A stretch of 37,808 nt of DNA from Pirellulales bacterium (GCA_040901665.1 JBBDYK010000145.1:1-37808), one strand, 5' to 3'. Shown: positions 8,055 to 16,942, numbered from the stretch's first letter. Translations and numbers: made by a program. The notes: generated from the letters alone by a model not told the origin.

Positions 8055-10043
8055 ATGCCAACCCGCCCCATCCAAAAAATCCTGATTGCCAACCGCGGTG
8101 AGATCGCCCGCCGAATCCTGCGCACGTGCCGCGCCATGGGCATCAGCAGCGTGGCCGTCTGTTCCGACGCGGATCGCGCCGCGCCGTTCACGCGCGAGGC
8201 CGACGAAGTCGTCCCGCTGGGCGGTCTGCAAGCGGCCGAGTCATACCTGCGCATCGACGCCATCATCGACGCGGCGCGCAAAACCAACAGCGACGCCATC
8301 CATCCCGGCTATGGCTTCCTCTCCGAAAACGAGGCCTTCGCTCAGGCCTGCGTCGACGCCGGCATCACCTTCATCGGCCCGCCGCCCGAGGTGATCGCGG
8401 CCATGGGCTCGAAGATCGAAGCCAAGCGCCGCATGCAAGCGGCCGATGTGCCGCTCTTGCCCACGCTCGAAGTCGGCCAGCAGTCGGCCGAGGCCGTGCT
8501 CAAGCAAGCGAAATCGCTCGACTGGCCACTGGTGATCAAGGCCTCGGCCGGCGGCGGCGGCCGGGGCATGCGCATCGTGCGCTCGCCCGACGAATTCGCC
8601 GCGCTGCTGGAAACGGCACGCCGCGAGGCGCTGGCCGCCTTTGGCGATGGCACGCTGTATATCGAGCCCTACATCGAATCGGGCCGCCACGTCGAGATCC
8701 AAATTTTCGGCGACACACACGGCAACGTCGTCCACCTGTTCGAGCGCGAATGCTCCATCCAACGCCGTCATCAGAAGATCATTGAAGAGTCCCCTTCGGT
8801 GGCGCTCGACGACGACTTGCGCTGCGCGATGGCCGACGCCGCCGTCCGCGCCGCCGCGCAGATCGGCTATGTCAACGCCGGCACGGTCGAGTTCCTGTTG
8901 ACGCCGAACGGAAAGTTTTACTTCCTGGAAGTCAACACGCGCTTGCAGGTCGAACATCCCGTGACTGAGTACGTCACCGGCCTCGATCTGGTGCGGCTGC
9001 AGATCCTGGTGGCTGCCGGCGAGCCGCTGCCCGACGAAGTGCACAGCGCGAAGCTCAGCGGCCACGCCATCGAGGCCCGGCTCTACGCCGAAGATCCGCA
9101 GCAAGGCTATCTCCCGCAGGCAGGCATGCTGCACCGCTTGCGCTTTCCGCACGATGCCGGCATCCGCGTCGAATCGGCGCTCGGCGACAGGGCCGAGGTC
9201 TCGCCCTATTACGACCCGCTGTTGGCCAAGGTGATCGTGCATGCGCCCACGCGGGCCGAAGCCGCCCGCCGCTTGAGCCGCGCGCTCGCCCGCACGCAGA
9301 TTCACGGCCTGCGCACCAATCGCGAGCTGCTGGTGCGCATCCTCGAGCATCCCGACTTTCTCGCCGGCCACACCGACACGCATTTTCTTGAGCACCACGA
9401 GGTCTTCGCCCTCTCGGAACCGCTGGGCGACGACCAGGCGGTGCGCTTGCACGCCGCCGCCGCCGCGATTGCCGCACAGGCCGAGCGCCGCCGCGACGCC
9501 CTCGTGCTGTCTCGCGCGCCCTCGGGCTGGCGCAACAATACTTCACAGCCGCAACAGACGCGTTTTCGTGGCTATCATGGCGAATTGATCGTCGATTACC
9601 AGTTCCAGCGCGCCGGCTTGCTCATGAGTATCAACGGCGAGGCACTGCCCGACGTGCGCCTGGCCAGCGCGACACCGGAACAGGTGCGCCTGCAAGTCGG
9701 CGGCGTCGAGCACCGTTACGATGTACACCGCCATGGCGGCACTTGTTACGTCGACAGCAGCTTGGGCTGCTCGACGCTGATCGAGATCCCACGCTTTCCG
9801 CTGCCAGAGGAAGCCATTGCAGCCGGCTCGCTCGCAGCGCCGTTGCCGGGCGTCGTGATCGAGGTGAAGGTCAAGTGCGGCGACGTGGTCGCGGCCGGCG
9901 ACCCGTTGCTCGTGATCGATTCCATGAAGGTTCACCATTGGATCGCCGCGCCGCGGTCCGGTTGCGTGGCCGAGGTCCGTGTCGAACAAGGCCAACACGT
10001 CACCGCCGGCGCCGTGCTGGTGGTAATTGACGAGGTCGAGTAG
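8055..10043 (+). CDS. acyl-CoA carboxylase biotin-carboxylase + biotin-carrier (alpha) subunit, methylcrotonyl-/geranyl-CoA carboxylase type
   Basis: The N-terminus IQKILIANRGEIARRILRTCRAMG is the canonical biotin carboxylase start, with ATG at 8055. An ATP-grasp segment (KASAGGGGRGMRIV) is present. The C-terminal biotinyl domain carries a lysine in VIDSMKVHH. The track's 38-aa upstream extension overlaps the preceding gene and is junk. Confidence 0.9.
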   Translation: MPTRPIQKILIANRGEIARRILRTCRAMGISSVAVCSDADRAAPFTREADEVVPLGGLQAAESYLRIDAIIDAARKTNSDAIHPGYGFLSENEAFAQACVDAGITFIGPPPEVIAAMGSKIEAKRRMQAADVPLLPTLEVGQQSAEAVLKQAKSLDWPLVIKASAGGGGRGMRIVRSPDEFAALLETARREALAAFGDGTLYIEPYIESGRHVEIQIFGDTHGNVVHLFERECSIQRRHQKIIEESPSVALDDDLRCAMADAAVRAAAQIGYVNAGTVEFLLTPNGKFYFLEVNTRLQVEHPVTEYVTGLDLVRLQILVAAGEPLPDEVHSAKLSGHAIEARLYAEDPQQGYLPQAGMLHRLRFPHDAGIRVESALGDRAEVSPYYDPLLAKVIVHAPTRAEAARRLSRALARTQIHGLRTNRELLVRILEHPDFLAGHTDTHFLEHHEVFALSEPLGDDQAVRLHAAAAAIAAQAERRRDALVLSRAPSGWRNNTSQPQQTRFRGYHGELIVDYQFQRAGLLMSINGEALPDVRLASATPEQVRLQVGGVEHRYDVHRHGGTCYVDSSLGCSTLIEIPRFPLPEEAIAAGSLAAPLPGVVIEVKVKCGDVVAAGDPLLVIDSMKVHHWIAAPRSGCVAEVRVEQGQHVTAGAVLVVIDEVE

Positions 10044-10143
10044 CAGTTGGGTGGCACTGGCGTGTCGCCAGTGCAGTGCGAACACTGGCAAAATGCCGGT
10101 GCCATTCTGACGAGTGAGTGTGAAATCGGCAGGAGCTCGAAAG

Positions 10144-11940
10144 ATGTCCACGCCCTTGCGAATCGCCAACTGCTCCGGTTTTTATGGCGATCGGCTGGCC
10201 GCCGCGCGCGAAATGGTGACCGGCGGGCCGATCGACTTCCTCACCGGTGACTACCTGGCCGAGCTGACGATGCTCATCCTCTGGAAGGCTCAGCAGAAGA
10301 ACGCCTCCTGGGGCTACGCCACGACGTTTCTCAAGCAAATGGAAGATGTCGTCGGCGAAGCCCTCGGCCGCGGCGTCAAAATCGTCACCAACGCCGGCGG
10401 GCTCAATCCGGCCGGACTCACCGGTGAGCTGCGCGCGCTGCTCGATCGTCTCGGCCTCAAGGCCAAGGTGCTGCACATCGAAGGGGACGATCTCTTGCCG
10501 CAGTTGCCCGCCCTCATGCAAGCCGGTCACGAGCTTGCGCACCTCGACACTGGCCGGCCGCTGGCTCAGCTCAAGGCCAAGCCGCTCTCGGCCAACGCCT
10601 ATCTCGGCGCCTGGGGCATCGTCGAAGCTTTGAACCAGGGCGCCGATATCGTCGTCTGCCCGCGTGTGACCGATGCGTCCGTCGTCGTCGGCCCCGCTGC
10701 CTGGCACTTCCGCTGGCAGCGAAACGATTGGGACCGACTGGCCGGCGCGGTCGTGGCCGGTCACGTCGTCGAGTGCGGCGCACAGTGTACCGGCGGCAAC
10801 TACGCCTTCTTTCAGGAAGTGCCCGGGCTTGAATATCCTGGCTTCCCGATCGCAGAAATGTATGAGGATGGCTCGAGCGTCATCACCAAGCACGAAGGTA
10901 CGGGCGGGCTGGTTTCCGTCGGCACCGTCACGGCGCAATTGCTCTACGAGATCGACCGGCCCGCGTATATCAACCCCGACGCGGTCGCTCGTTTCGACAC
11001 CATTCAGCTAACCCAGGAGGCAACTGACCGCGTGCGCATCTCGGGCGTCCGCGGCGAACCGGCCCCATCCACGACCAAAGTTTGCCTGAACTATCTGGGC
11101 GGGTTTCGCAATCAAATGACGTTCGTCCTCACCGGGCTCGACATCCAGGCCAAGGCCGATCTCGTGCGCCGCACGCTGCACCGCCTGCTTGACGCGAAGC
11201 AGTTCGACGCGTTCGAGATCCACTTGTCCCGCACCGACAAGCCCAACGCCGCCACGAATGAGGAAGCCGCGGCTCGCTTGAGGATTACGGTCAAAAGCCA
11301 GGATCCCAAGCGCGCCGGCCGCGCCGTTTCGAGCGCGATCACCGAGATGGCCTTGGCCAGCTATCCCGGCCTGTTCGCCACCACGCCGCCCGGCGAGGCC
11401 AGTCCCTTCGGTGTCTACTGGCCCATGCTCGTGCCGGCCGACGTGCCGCGGCACGTGGTCGTGCTCGAAGACGACACGCGAATTCCGATTCCAGCCACCG
11501 ATGGTTCGGCGGCAGGCGACGTGCGTGTTGAAACCGTGTCGCCGGAATTGCCCGATGCACCGGCCGGCCCAACGCGTGCCGTCCCGCTGGGCACGCTGTT
11601 CGGCGCGCGTTCCGGCGACAAGGGGGGCAATGCCAACGTCGGCGTCTGGGCTCGCGACGCTGCGGCCTACGCCTGGCTGGCGTCGTTCCTCACCGTCGAG
11701 CAGTTCAAGACGCTCATCCCTGAAGCATCGAAGTTGGAAGTCCGCCGCTACGAGTTGCCGAACATGCTGTCGCTCAACTTCGTCGTCGTCGGCCTGCTGG
11801 GCGAAGGTGTCGCCTCCTCCACCCGCTTCGATCCCCAAGCCAAGAGTCTCGGCGAGTATCTCCGCTCGCGCGTGGTGGAGATGCCCGAAGCATTGCTTAC
11901 CCGAGGCACTGTTGGCGGTTTGGCTGGCGCCGCGATATAA
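10144..11940 (+). CDS. atuA: AtuA-family protein (DUF1446, acyclic terpene utilisation) with fused C-terminal AtuA-associated domain
   Basis: The N-terminus LRIANCSGFYGDRLAAAREMV..GPIDFLTGDYLAELTM is the signature start of DUF1446/AtuA proteins. The C-terminal segment ARSGDKGGNANVGVW resembles the small domain that is often encoded separately. ATG 10144 has AGGAG at 10131-10135, 8 nt upstream. Confidence 0.75.
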   Translation: MSTPLRIANCSGFYGDRLAAAREMVTGGPIDFLTGDYLAELTMLILWKAQQKNASWGYATTFLKQMEDVVGEALGRGVKIVTNAGGLNPAGLTGELRALLDRLGLKAKVLHIEGDDLLPQLPALMQAGHELAHLDTGRPLAQLKAKPLSANAYLGAWGIVEALNQGADIVVCPRVTDASVVVGPAAWHFRWQRNDWDRLAGAVVAGHVVECGAQCTGGNYAFFQEVPGLEYPGFPIAEMYEDGSSVITKHEGTGGLVSVGTVTAQLLYEIDRPAYINPDAVARFDTIQLTQEATDRVRISGVRGEPAPSTTKVCLNYLGGFRNQMTFVLTGLDIQAKADLVRRTLHRLLDAKQFDAFEIHLSRTDKPNAATNEEAAARLRITVKSQDPKRAGRAVSSAITEMALASYPGLFATTPPGEASPFGVYWPMLVPADVPRHVVVLEDDTRIPIPATDGSAAGDVRVETVSPELPDAPAGPTRAVPLGTLFGARSGDKGGNANVGVWARDAAAYAWLASFLTVEQFKTLIPEASKLEVRRYELPNMLSLNFVVVGLLGEGVASSTRFDPQAKSLGEYLRSRVVEMPEALLTRGTVGGLAGAAI

Positions 11941-11989
11941 TAGGCCGTGTTCGTTGCGTATCTTTACGATTGCGACTGGGAACCTCTCG

Positions 11990-12208
11990 ATGGCAACAGG
12001 ACCGAACGAGATTATCAACGCTGCTCTAAAACTTTCAGACTCGGATCGGCTGCTGATCGCAACTCGCCTTTTGGATACCTTGCCCGACGAGTTTCAGTTT
12101 CTCGAAGATGACGCAGTCATGCTGGCTGAGCTTGAGCGACGTGCCAGCGATCCGAGTCCGACGATTCCGGCCGCCGAGATATTCATTGCCCGCACTGGCG
12201 GCGGCTAA
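11990..12208 (+). CDS. putative addiction-module (antitoxin-like) component, TIGR02574-like, 72 aa
   Basis: The pattern EIINAALKLSDSDRLLIATRLLDTLPDE....LAELERRASD....IPAAEIF matches the short 'putative addiction module component' family as I remember it. It lies within the long wrong-frame track ORF 11411..12208. The segment is AT-richer than its neighbours. Confidence 0.55.
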   Translation: MATGPNEIINAALKLSDSDRLLIATRLLDTLPDEFQFLEDDAVMLAELERRASDPSPTIPAAEIFIARTGGG

Positions 12209-12711
12209 GTTCGTTCTTCGCGCGGCGGCAGCACCATTTGAGTCTGAGTGACCAGGGCAATGAGCTTGCCGTCGTCGCTGGTGACGCGCGTCTGCCAGAC
12301 CATGGTGGTCCGCCCCAGGTGCAACGGCGTGGACTCGCCGAGCACGCTGGCGCCCAAGGGCGCGGCGCGCATGAAGTTCGTCTTCGATTCGATCGTCGTG
12401 GTGCCCGCGCCGGCCGGAAGATTCGCCACGGTGCCGGTCGCCCCCAGCGTATCGGCGAAGGCCATGATCGAGCCGCCGTGCAGGATGTCGCCCACAGTAC
12501 ACAGGTCGCGACGCACGGTCAGCTTTGCCCGCACCCGCTGCGGCGTGATCTCCAAAAACTCAATGCCCAGCGTTGCCGGCAGCAAGTCCTTCATCCGTTC
12601 GTGCGCGACTTTTATCGGATCCACGGGTAGTTCGCTCCCTATGCGGACTGAAGACAAGTTAGCCACCGAGAACACGGAGGGCTCAGAGGAATGAGGAACC
12701 TCGCTGACCAC
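12205..12711 (-). CDS. PaaI-family hotdog-fold acyl-CoA thioesterase
   Basis: LGIEFLEITPQRVRAKLTV...GDILHGGSIMAFADTLG....ESKTNFMRAA is the typical PaaI/4HBT pattern. The start is uncertain. The first ~30-40 codons have weak GC3 bias, so GTG 12624 (GGGAG upstream) or ATG 12594 are alternatives. Confidence 0.75.
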   Translation of the reverse strand: MVSEVPHSSEPSVFSVANLSSVRIGSELPVDPIKVAHERMKDLLPATLGIEFLEITPQRVRAKLTVRRDLCTVGDILHGGSIMAFADTLGATGTVANLPAGAGTTTIESKTNFMRAAPLGASVLGESTPLHLGRTTMVWQTRVTSDDGKLIALVTQTQMVLPPREERT

Positions 12712-12798
12712 GTCGACCTGGTTGACGTTCCTTCCCGTTCTCGGTGTCCTCGGTGTACTCGGTGGCCAATCCTAATTCAAGTGCGATGACCAACGGCG

Positions 12799-14361
12799 TC
12801 ACGGGCACTCGCACGCCTTTTCGCGCAGCACGCGGCGCAGGATCTTACCGATGTTGCTCTTGGGGAGCATCGTCTCGAAGTGCACGCGCGTGGGCGCTTT
12901 GAACTTTGCCACCTGCTTGCACGCGTGCTCGATCACCTCCCGCTCGGTGAGCGTCTGGCCGGGCGCCACCACCACGAACGCCACCACGTTCTCGCCGTAA
13001 ATCTCGTCGGGCACGCCCACCACGGCGGCTTCGGCGACGGCCGGATGCTCGTGCAGCACGGCCTCCAACTCGGCCGGATAAATGTTCTCGCCGCCGCGGA
13101 TGATCATGTCCTTCTTGCGATCGACCACGAACAGGTATCCGTCCTCGTCCAGATAGCCGATGTCGCCGGTGTGCAGCCAGCCGTTGCGCACCGTTTCGGC
13201 GGTGGCCTCCGGCTTGTTGTGATAGCCGCGCATGACCACCGGCCCGCGAATGCAGATCTCGCCGCGCTCGCCGGTGGGCAACGGCCGATCGGCATCGTCG
13301 ACGATCTGCATTTCCATGTTGATGTACGCCCGCCCCGCACTGCCGGGTCGATAGGGCTCGCTGCGCCGGTTCACCGTGCCCATGCCAGACGCCTCGGTCA
13401 AGCCGTACACCTCGCGAATGCGGCACGGATAGCGCTGCATGAAGGCCTGCGCCAGCTCGACCGGCAGCGGCGCTCCACCGCAAATGATTTCTACCAGCGA
13501 CGACAGGTCATACTGCTTCGCGCTGGGATGATGCAACAGCAGCGCCAACACGGTGGGCACCGCGGCGGTCGTGTTGACCCGGTGCTTCGCGATCAACGCC
13601 ATGAACGACTCCGGCTCGAACCAGCGCATCTGCACCAGCCGCGTCGCCTCGGCCAGATGCTTGGGCGTGCGCAACAAGTCGTTCATGATGGCCACGCCGA
13701 AGATGTGGGCGATCGGCATGCCGCTGAGCGAGACGCGAGGGCCTTCCCACAGATGCAGCTCTGCCCCTTCACTCACCGCGTCGGAACTGGCCAGCAGATT
13801 CGTGTGCGACAAGAGCACGCCTTTGGGTCGTCCCGTCGTGCCCGATGAATACAGCATCACGGCCGTGCTGTCCGGATCGATGTTCGCCAGCGACGATTGC
13901 GGGTCGAATTGCAACAGCGACTCGAGCCGTGCCTCCGGCGGCGTGGCTTGCGGATTGTCGTCGCCGCCCACCACCACGATGTGGCGCAGGTGGGGCAGCC
14001 CGGCCGCGGCTTCGCGCCCCACCGGCAATAGTTCGGCGTCGGCCACGATCAACTGTGCCTCGGTGTCGGCCAGCACATAGCGCAGCTCGGGCGCTGCCAG
14101 TTGCGGCATCACGGGCACGGCCGCGCCGCCAGCGCGAAAAACGCCCTGCATCACAGGAAACAAGAGCGGATGGTTCATCATCATCACCACGGCGCGACCG
14201 CCTGGTGTCAGGCCCAATTCCGACAGGCCGCCTTGCAGCCGCCGGCCATCTTCCAGCAGTTGCCAATTGGTGAACCGCTGGCCGTCGATCTCGTAGTTTG
14301 CATGTTCGCCCAGCCGCTCGGCCGAGTCTTCCGCCAGTTGCGCGAGATTGGTAACCGCCAT
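12799..14361 (-). CDS. AMP-dependent acyl-CoA synthetase/ligase (ANL superfamily)
   Basis: AMP-binding core motifs are present: YSSGTTGRPKGV, YGLTE, and TGDIGYLDEDGYLFVVDRKKDMIIRGGENIYP. The ORF is full length at 520 aa. Confidence 0.9.
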   Translation of the reverse strand: MAVTNLAQLAEDSAERLGEHANYEIDGQRFTNWQLLEDGRRLQGGLSELGLTPGGRAVVMMMNHPLLFPVMQGVFRAGGAAVPVMPQLAAPELRYVLADTEAQLIVADAELLPVGREAAAGLPHLRHIVVVGGDDNPQATPPEARLESLLQFDPQSSLANIDPDSTAVMLYSSGTTGRPKGVLLSHTNLLASSDAVSEGAELHLWEGPRVSLSGMPIAHIFGVAIMNDLLRTPKHLAEATRLVQMRWFEPESFMALIAKHRVNTTAAVPTVLALLLHHPSAKQYDLSSLVEIICGGAPLPVELAQAFMQRYPCRIREVYGLTEASGMGTVNRRSEPYRPGSAGRAYINMEMQIVDDADRPLPTGERGEICIRGPVVMRGYHNKPEATAETVRNGWLHTGDIGYLDEDGYLFVVDRKKDMIIRGGENIYPAELEAVLHEHPAVAEAAVVGVPDEIYGENVVAFVVVAPGQTLTEREVIEHACKQVAKFKAPTRVHFETMLPKSNIGKILRRVLREKACECP

Positions 14362-14499
14362 ACCTGGTTCGCTCCCTGCGAGAGTGTGCCATGAGCGCGC
14401 GCATTGCTCGAAAGATGCACGCGGCCTGCTTGATTACAGCGGACAGAAAACACGTCCGCCAGGAATCAGGATAGCGAATCGCTTTGGTCCACGCCGCGC

Positions 14500-14558
14500 A
14501 AAAAAATGAAAAAAATGTGTTCACCCCGCGAGGCCGCCGGGCCGCTGTCGTCTACAAT
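14500..14558 (+). promoter_or_regulatory. candidate promoter elements in the divergent ligase/dehydrogenase intergenic region
   Basis: There is a tandem 9-nt A-tract repeat, AAAAAAATG x2, at 14500-14517. This is striking in high-GC DNA. A TACAAT -10-like hexamer lies at 14553-14558, 45 nt upstream of ATG 14603. I could not place a convincing -35. Confidence 0.25.
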
Positions 14559-14602
14559 CACAACCGCCTGAGGAGGCAATTGCGAATCCGGGAGCCACCA
14601 CG

Positions 14603-15790
14603 ATGGACCTCGCTTACGGAACCCAGTACGAAACCCTGCGACGAGAGGTCCGGCAATTCATCGCCGACCATGGGCATCTTGCGCCCAAGAACCTGCTGGA
14701 GATCGATCGCGCCAAAACCCGCGCCTGGCAGGAACTGTTGATCCAACACGGGTACGTGGCCCGCGCCGTGCCGAAGCAGTACGGCGGCTACGGCGCGCCG
14801 CTCGATCCGCTCGAGGCGCATCTGATCGCCGATGAGTTCGCCCGCGCTCAAATCGCGCCCGGCTTCGGCGGCCAGGGCATCGCCTATCTCGTGCCCGCAC
14901 TGTTGGAACTGGCCACCGAGGAACAAAAGAAGCGCTTTGTCCCCCCCACGCTCACCACCGAGATCATCTGGTGCGAGGGCTATTCCGAGCCCAACGCCGG
15001 CAGCGACCTGGCCAGCCTCAGCACCAGCGCCCGGCTGGAAGGCGACCACTGGGTCGTCAACGGCCAGAAGATCTGGACCAGCACGGCCGAGAGCGCCGAC
15101 TGGATGTTCTGCCTGGTGCGCACCGAGCCCGACGCGCCCAAGCACCAGGGCCTGAGCTTTCTGCTGTTCTCGATGCGCACGCCCGGCATTCGCGTCCGCC
15201 CGCTGAAAACGATGACCGGCGACGCCCACTTCAACGAAGTGTTCTTCACCGACGTGCGCGTGCCCCAGGTCCAGATCGTTGGCGAGCGCGGGCAAGGTTG
15301 GCTGGTGGCCAACAACGTCCTGCTGCACGAGCGCGACGATCTGGGCGATCCCGACGCCACGCTGCAGAGACTCAATGCGCTGGTGGACTTGATGAAGAAA
15401 GAAACGGCCGCCGGTGGGCGCATCATGGATAACGCCGCTTACCGCGACCGCCTGCTCCGCCTGCAGGGCCGTGTGATGGCGCTGCGCTACAACCACCTGC
15501 GGTTGCTAAGCGCCAAGCTCAACAATAAGGACGCCTCGCTAGCGGCCATGATCGTCAAGTTGCAAGGCACCGAGCTGCGCCACGAGCTCGAAGGGCTGGC
15601 CGTCGACGCGCTCGGCGAGCTGGGCATTCTGTACCAAGAGGGCCGCCACCTGCGCGACGGCGGATCGTGGCAGACCATGTACATGTTCTACCTCGGTCTG
15701 ATCATCGGCGGTGGCACGTCGCAAATTCAAAAGAACATCATCAGCGAGCGCGGACTCGGCATGCCGCGCGAGCCAAAAGTAAAAGCCTAA
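14603..15790 (+). CDS. acyl-CoA dehydrogenase family protein (likely catalytic subunit)
   Basis: GGGAG at 14590-14594 lies 8 nt before the ATG. The ACAD middle-domain pattern is EPNAGSDLASLSTSA....W.VNGQKIWTS. The C-terminus is GGGTSQIQKNIISERGLGMPRE. Confidence 0.85.
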   Translation: MDLAYGTQYETLRREVRQFIADHGHLAPKNLLEIDRAKTRAWQELLIQHGYVARAVPKQYGGYGAPLDPLEAHLIADEFARAQIAPGFGGQGIAYLVPALLELATEEQKKRFVPPTLTTEIIWCEGYSEPNAGSDLASLSTSARLEGDHWVVNGQKIWTSTAESADWMFCLVRTEPDAPKHQGLSFLLFSMRTPGIRVRPLKTMTGDAHFNEVFFTDVRVPQVQIVGERGQGWLVANNVLLHERDDLGDPDATLQRLNALVDLMKKETAAGGRIMDNAAYRDRLLRLQGRVMALRYNHLRLLSAKLNNKDASLAAMIVKLQGTELRHELEGLAVDALGELGILYQEGRHLRDGGSWQTMYMFYLGLIIGGGTSQIQKNIISERGLGMPREPKVKA

Positions 15791-15856
15791 CAAAGAAACG
15801 GGACGGCCTGGGAGCGCTTCGCCGCCCGTTCCGTTTTTCAGCCAGCAGGGTTCGCC

Positions 15857-16939
15857 ATGGAATTTGGACTCTCCGCCGAACAAACGATGCTGCAAGACAG
15901 CGTCGCGAAGTTTCTCGATCGTACCAGCCCCTTGGAGCGCGTGCGCCGCTTCTGCGAACAGCGGGAACAACGCGCCCAGGACGTCTGGTCCGGCCTGTGC
16001 GATCTGGGCATTCCCGGCCTCTTCGTCGCCGAAGAGCACGGCGGCATCGGCTGCTCGCTGCTCGATGCGGCGCTGGTGGCCGAGACGCTCGGCTCCCGCG
16101 TCGCGCCGGTGCCGTTTGTCGCCACGGCCGTCATGGCGCCCTTGGCCATCGCCACGGCCGGTTCGCCTGCCCAACAAGCAAAGTGGCTGCCGGCGCTGGC
16201 CGAAGGCAAAGTCGTCGTCGGCGCGGCGCTTTCCACAGCCGCCAGCAATCGCCTCACCGATCCGGTGCAAGCTGATGGCGCCAAGCTACGCGGCCGGGCG
16301 CTGTTCGTGCTCGATTTCGAGGCCGACGCCTATCTCGTCGCCGACAGCCAGCAACGGCTCTACCTCGTCGACGCTAACGACTCGGGAGTTCACCGCGAAT
16401 CGCTCGCCACCATCGACCGCACCCGCATCGTGGGTGAGCTGGTGTTCGAAGATGCCGCCGCGGAGCTCTTGCCGGGCAGCAACGATCCGGATGTTTGCGC
16501 CCGTGTGATCGACGCCGGTCGCATCGTGCTGGCGGCCGACACGTTGGGCGCGGCGAGCACGATGCTCAGCCGGGCCGTGGCGTACTCGAAGGAGCGTGTG
16601 CAGTTCGGCCGGCCGATCGGCTCGTTCCAGGCGGTCAAGCACCTGTGCGCCGAGATGGCGGCCGAGCTCGAGCCGTGCCGCGCCATGATGTGGTATGCAG
16701 CCCACGCCTTCGACGCGATGCCCGACGAGACCCGCCTCAATGCCTGTCACGCCAAGGCCCATCTTTCGGAAGTGGGCACGCGCGTCGCCCGCACCTCCAC
16801 CGAAGTCCACGGCGGCATCGGCTTCACCGACGAGCTAGGCCTGCACTTGTGGTTCAAGCGCATCGGCGCCAATCGCCAGTTGCTCGGCGGCCCCGATCAG
16901 CTCCGCGACGAAGCGGCCCGTTTACAGCAGTGGGTTTAG
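15857..16939 (+). CDS. acyl-CoA dehydrogenase family protein (possible non-catalytic partner subunit)
   Basis: ACAD N- and C-terminal patterns are present: GIPGLFVAEEHGG, KERVQFGRPIGSFQAVKH and EVHGGIGFTDE. It starts 66 nt after the first ACAD gene. Confidence 0.8.
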   Translation: MEFGLSAEQTMLQDSVAKFLDRTSPLERVRRFCEQREQRAQDVWSGLCDLGIPGLFVAEEHGGIGCSLLDAALVAETLGSRVAPVPFVATAVMAPLAIATAGSPAQQAKWLPALAEGKVVVGAALSTAASNRLTDPVQADGAKLRGRALFVLDFEADAYLVADSQQRLYLVDANDSGVHRESLATIDRTRIVGELVFEDAAAELLPGSNDPDVCARVIDAGRIVLAADTLGAASTMLSRAVAYSKERVQFGRPIGSFQAVKHLCAEMAAELEPCRAMMWYAAHAFDAMPDETRLNACHAKAHLSEVGTRVARTSTEVHGGIGFTDELGLHLWFKRIGANRQLLGGPDQLRDEAARLQQWV

Positions 16940-16942
16940 AGT

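Noticed and set aside
6032-9452. Long minus-strand ORFs 6032..7150 and 8241..9452 opposite the carboxylase subunit genes. Plus-frame ORFs 8126..8785 and 7003..7599 fall in the same region.
   Set aside because: No motifs and junk composition. The carboxyltransferase and biotin carboxylase frames are unambiguous.
4098-10043. Straightforward annotation as the leucine-catabolic liu operon (MCCase plus methylglutaconyl-CoA hydratase).
   Set aside because: It is not excluded. I did not adopt it as the primary call because an AtuA-family gene, an acyl-CoA ligase and paired ACADs are linked, and no HMG-CoA lyase is present. Substrate specificity cannot be read from the sequence by eye.
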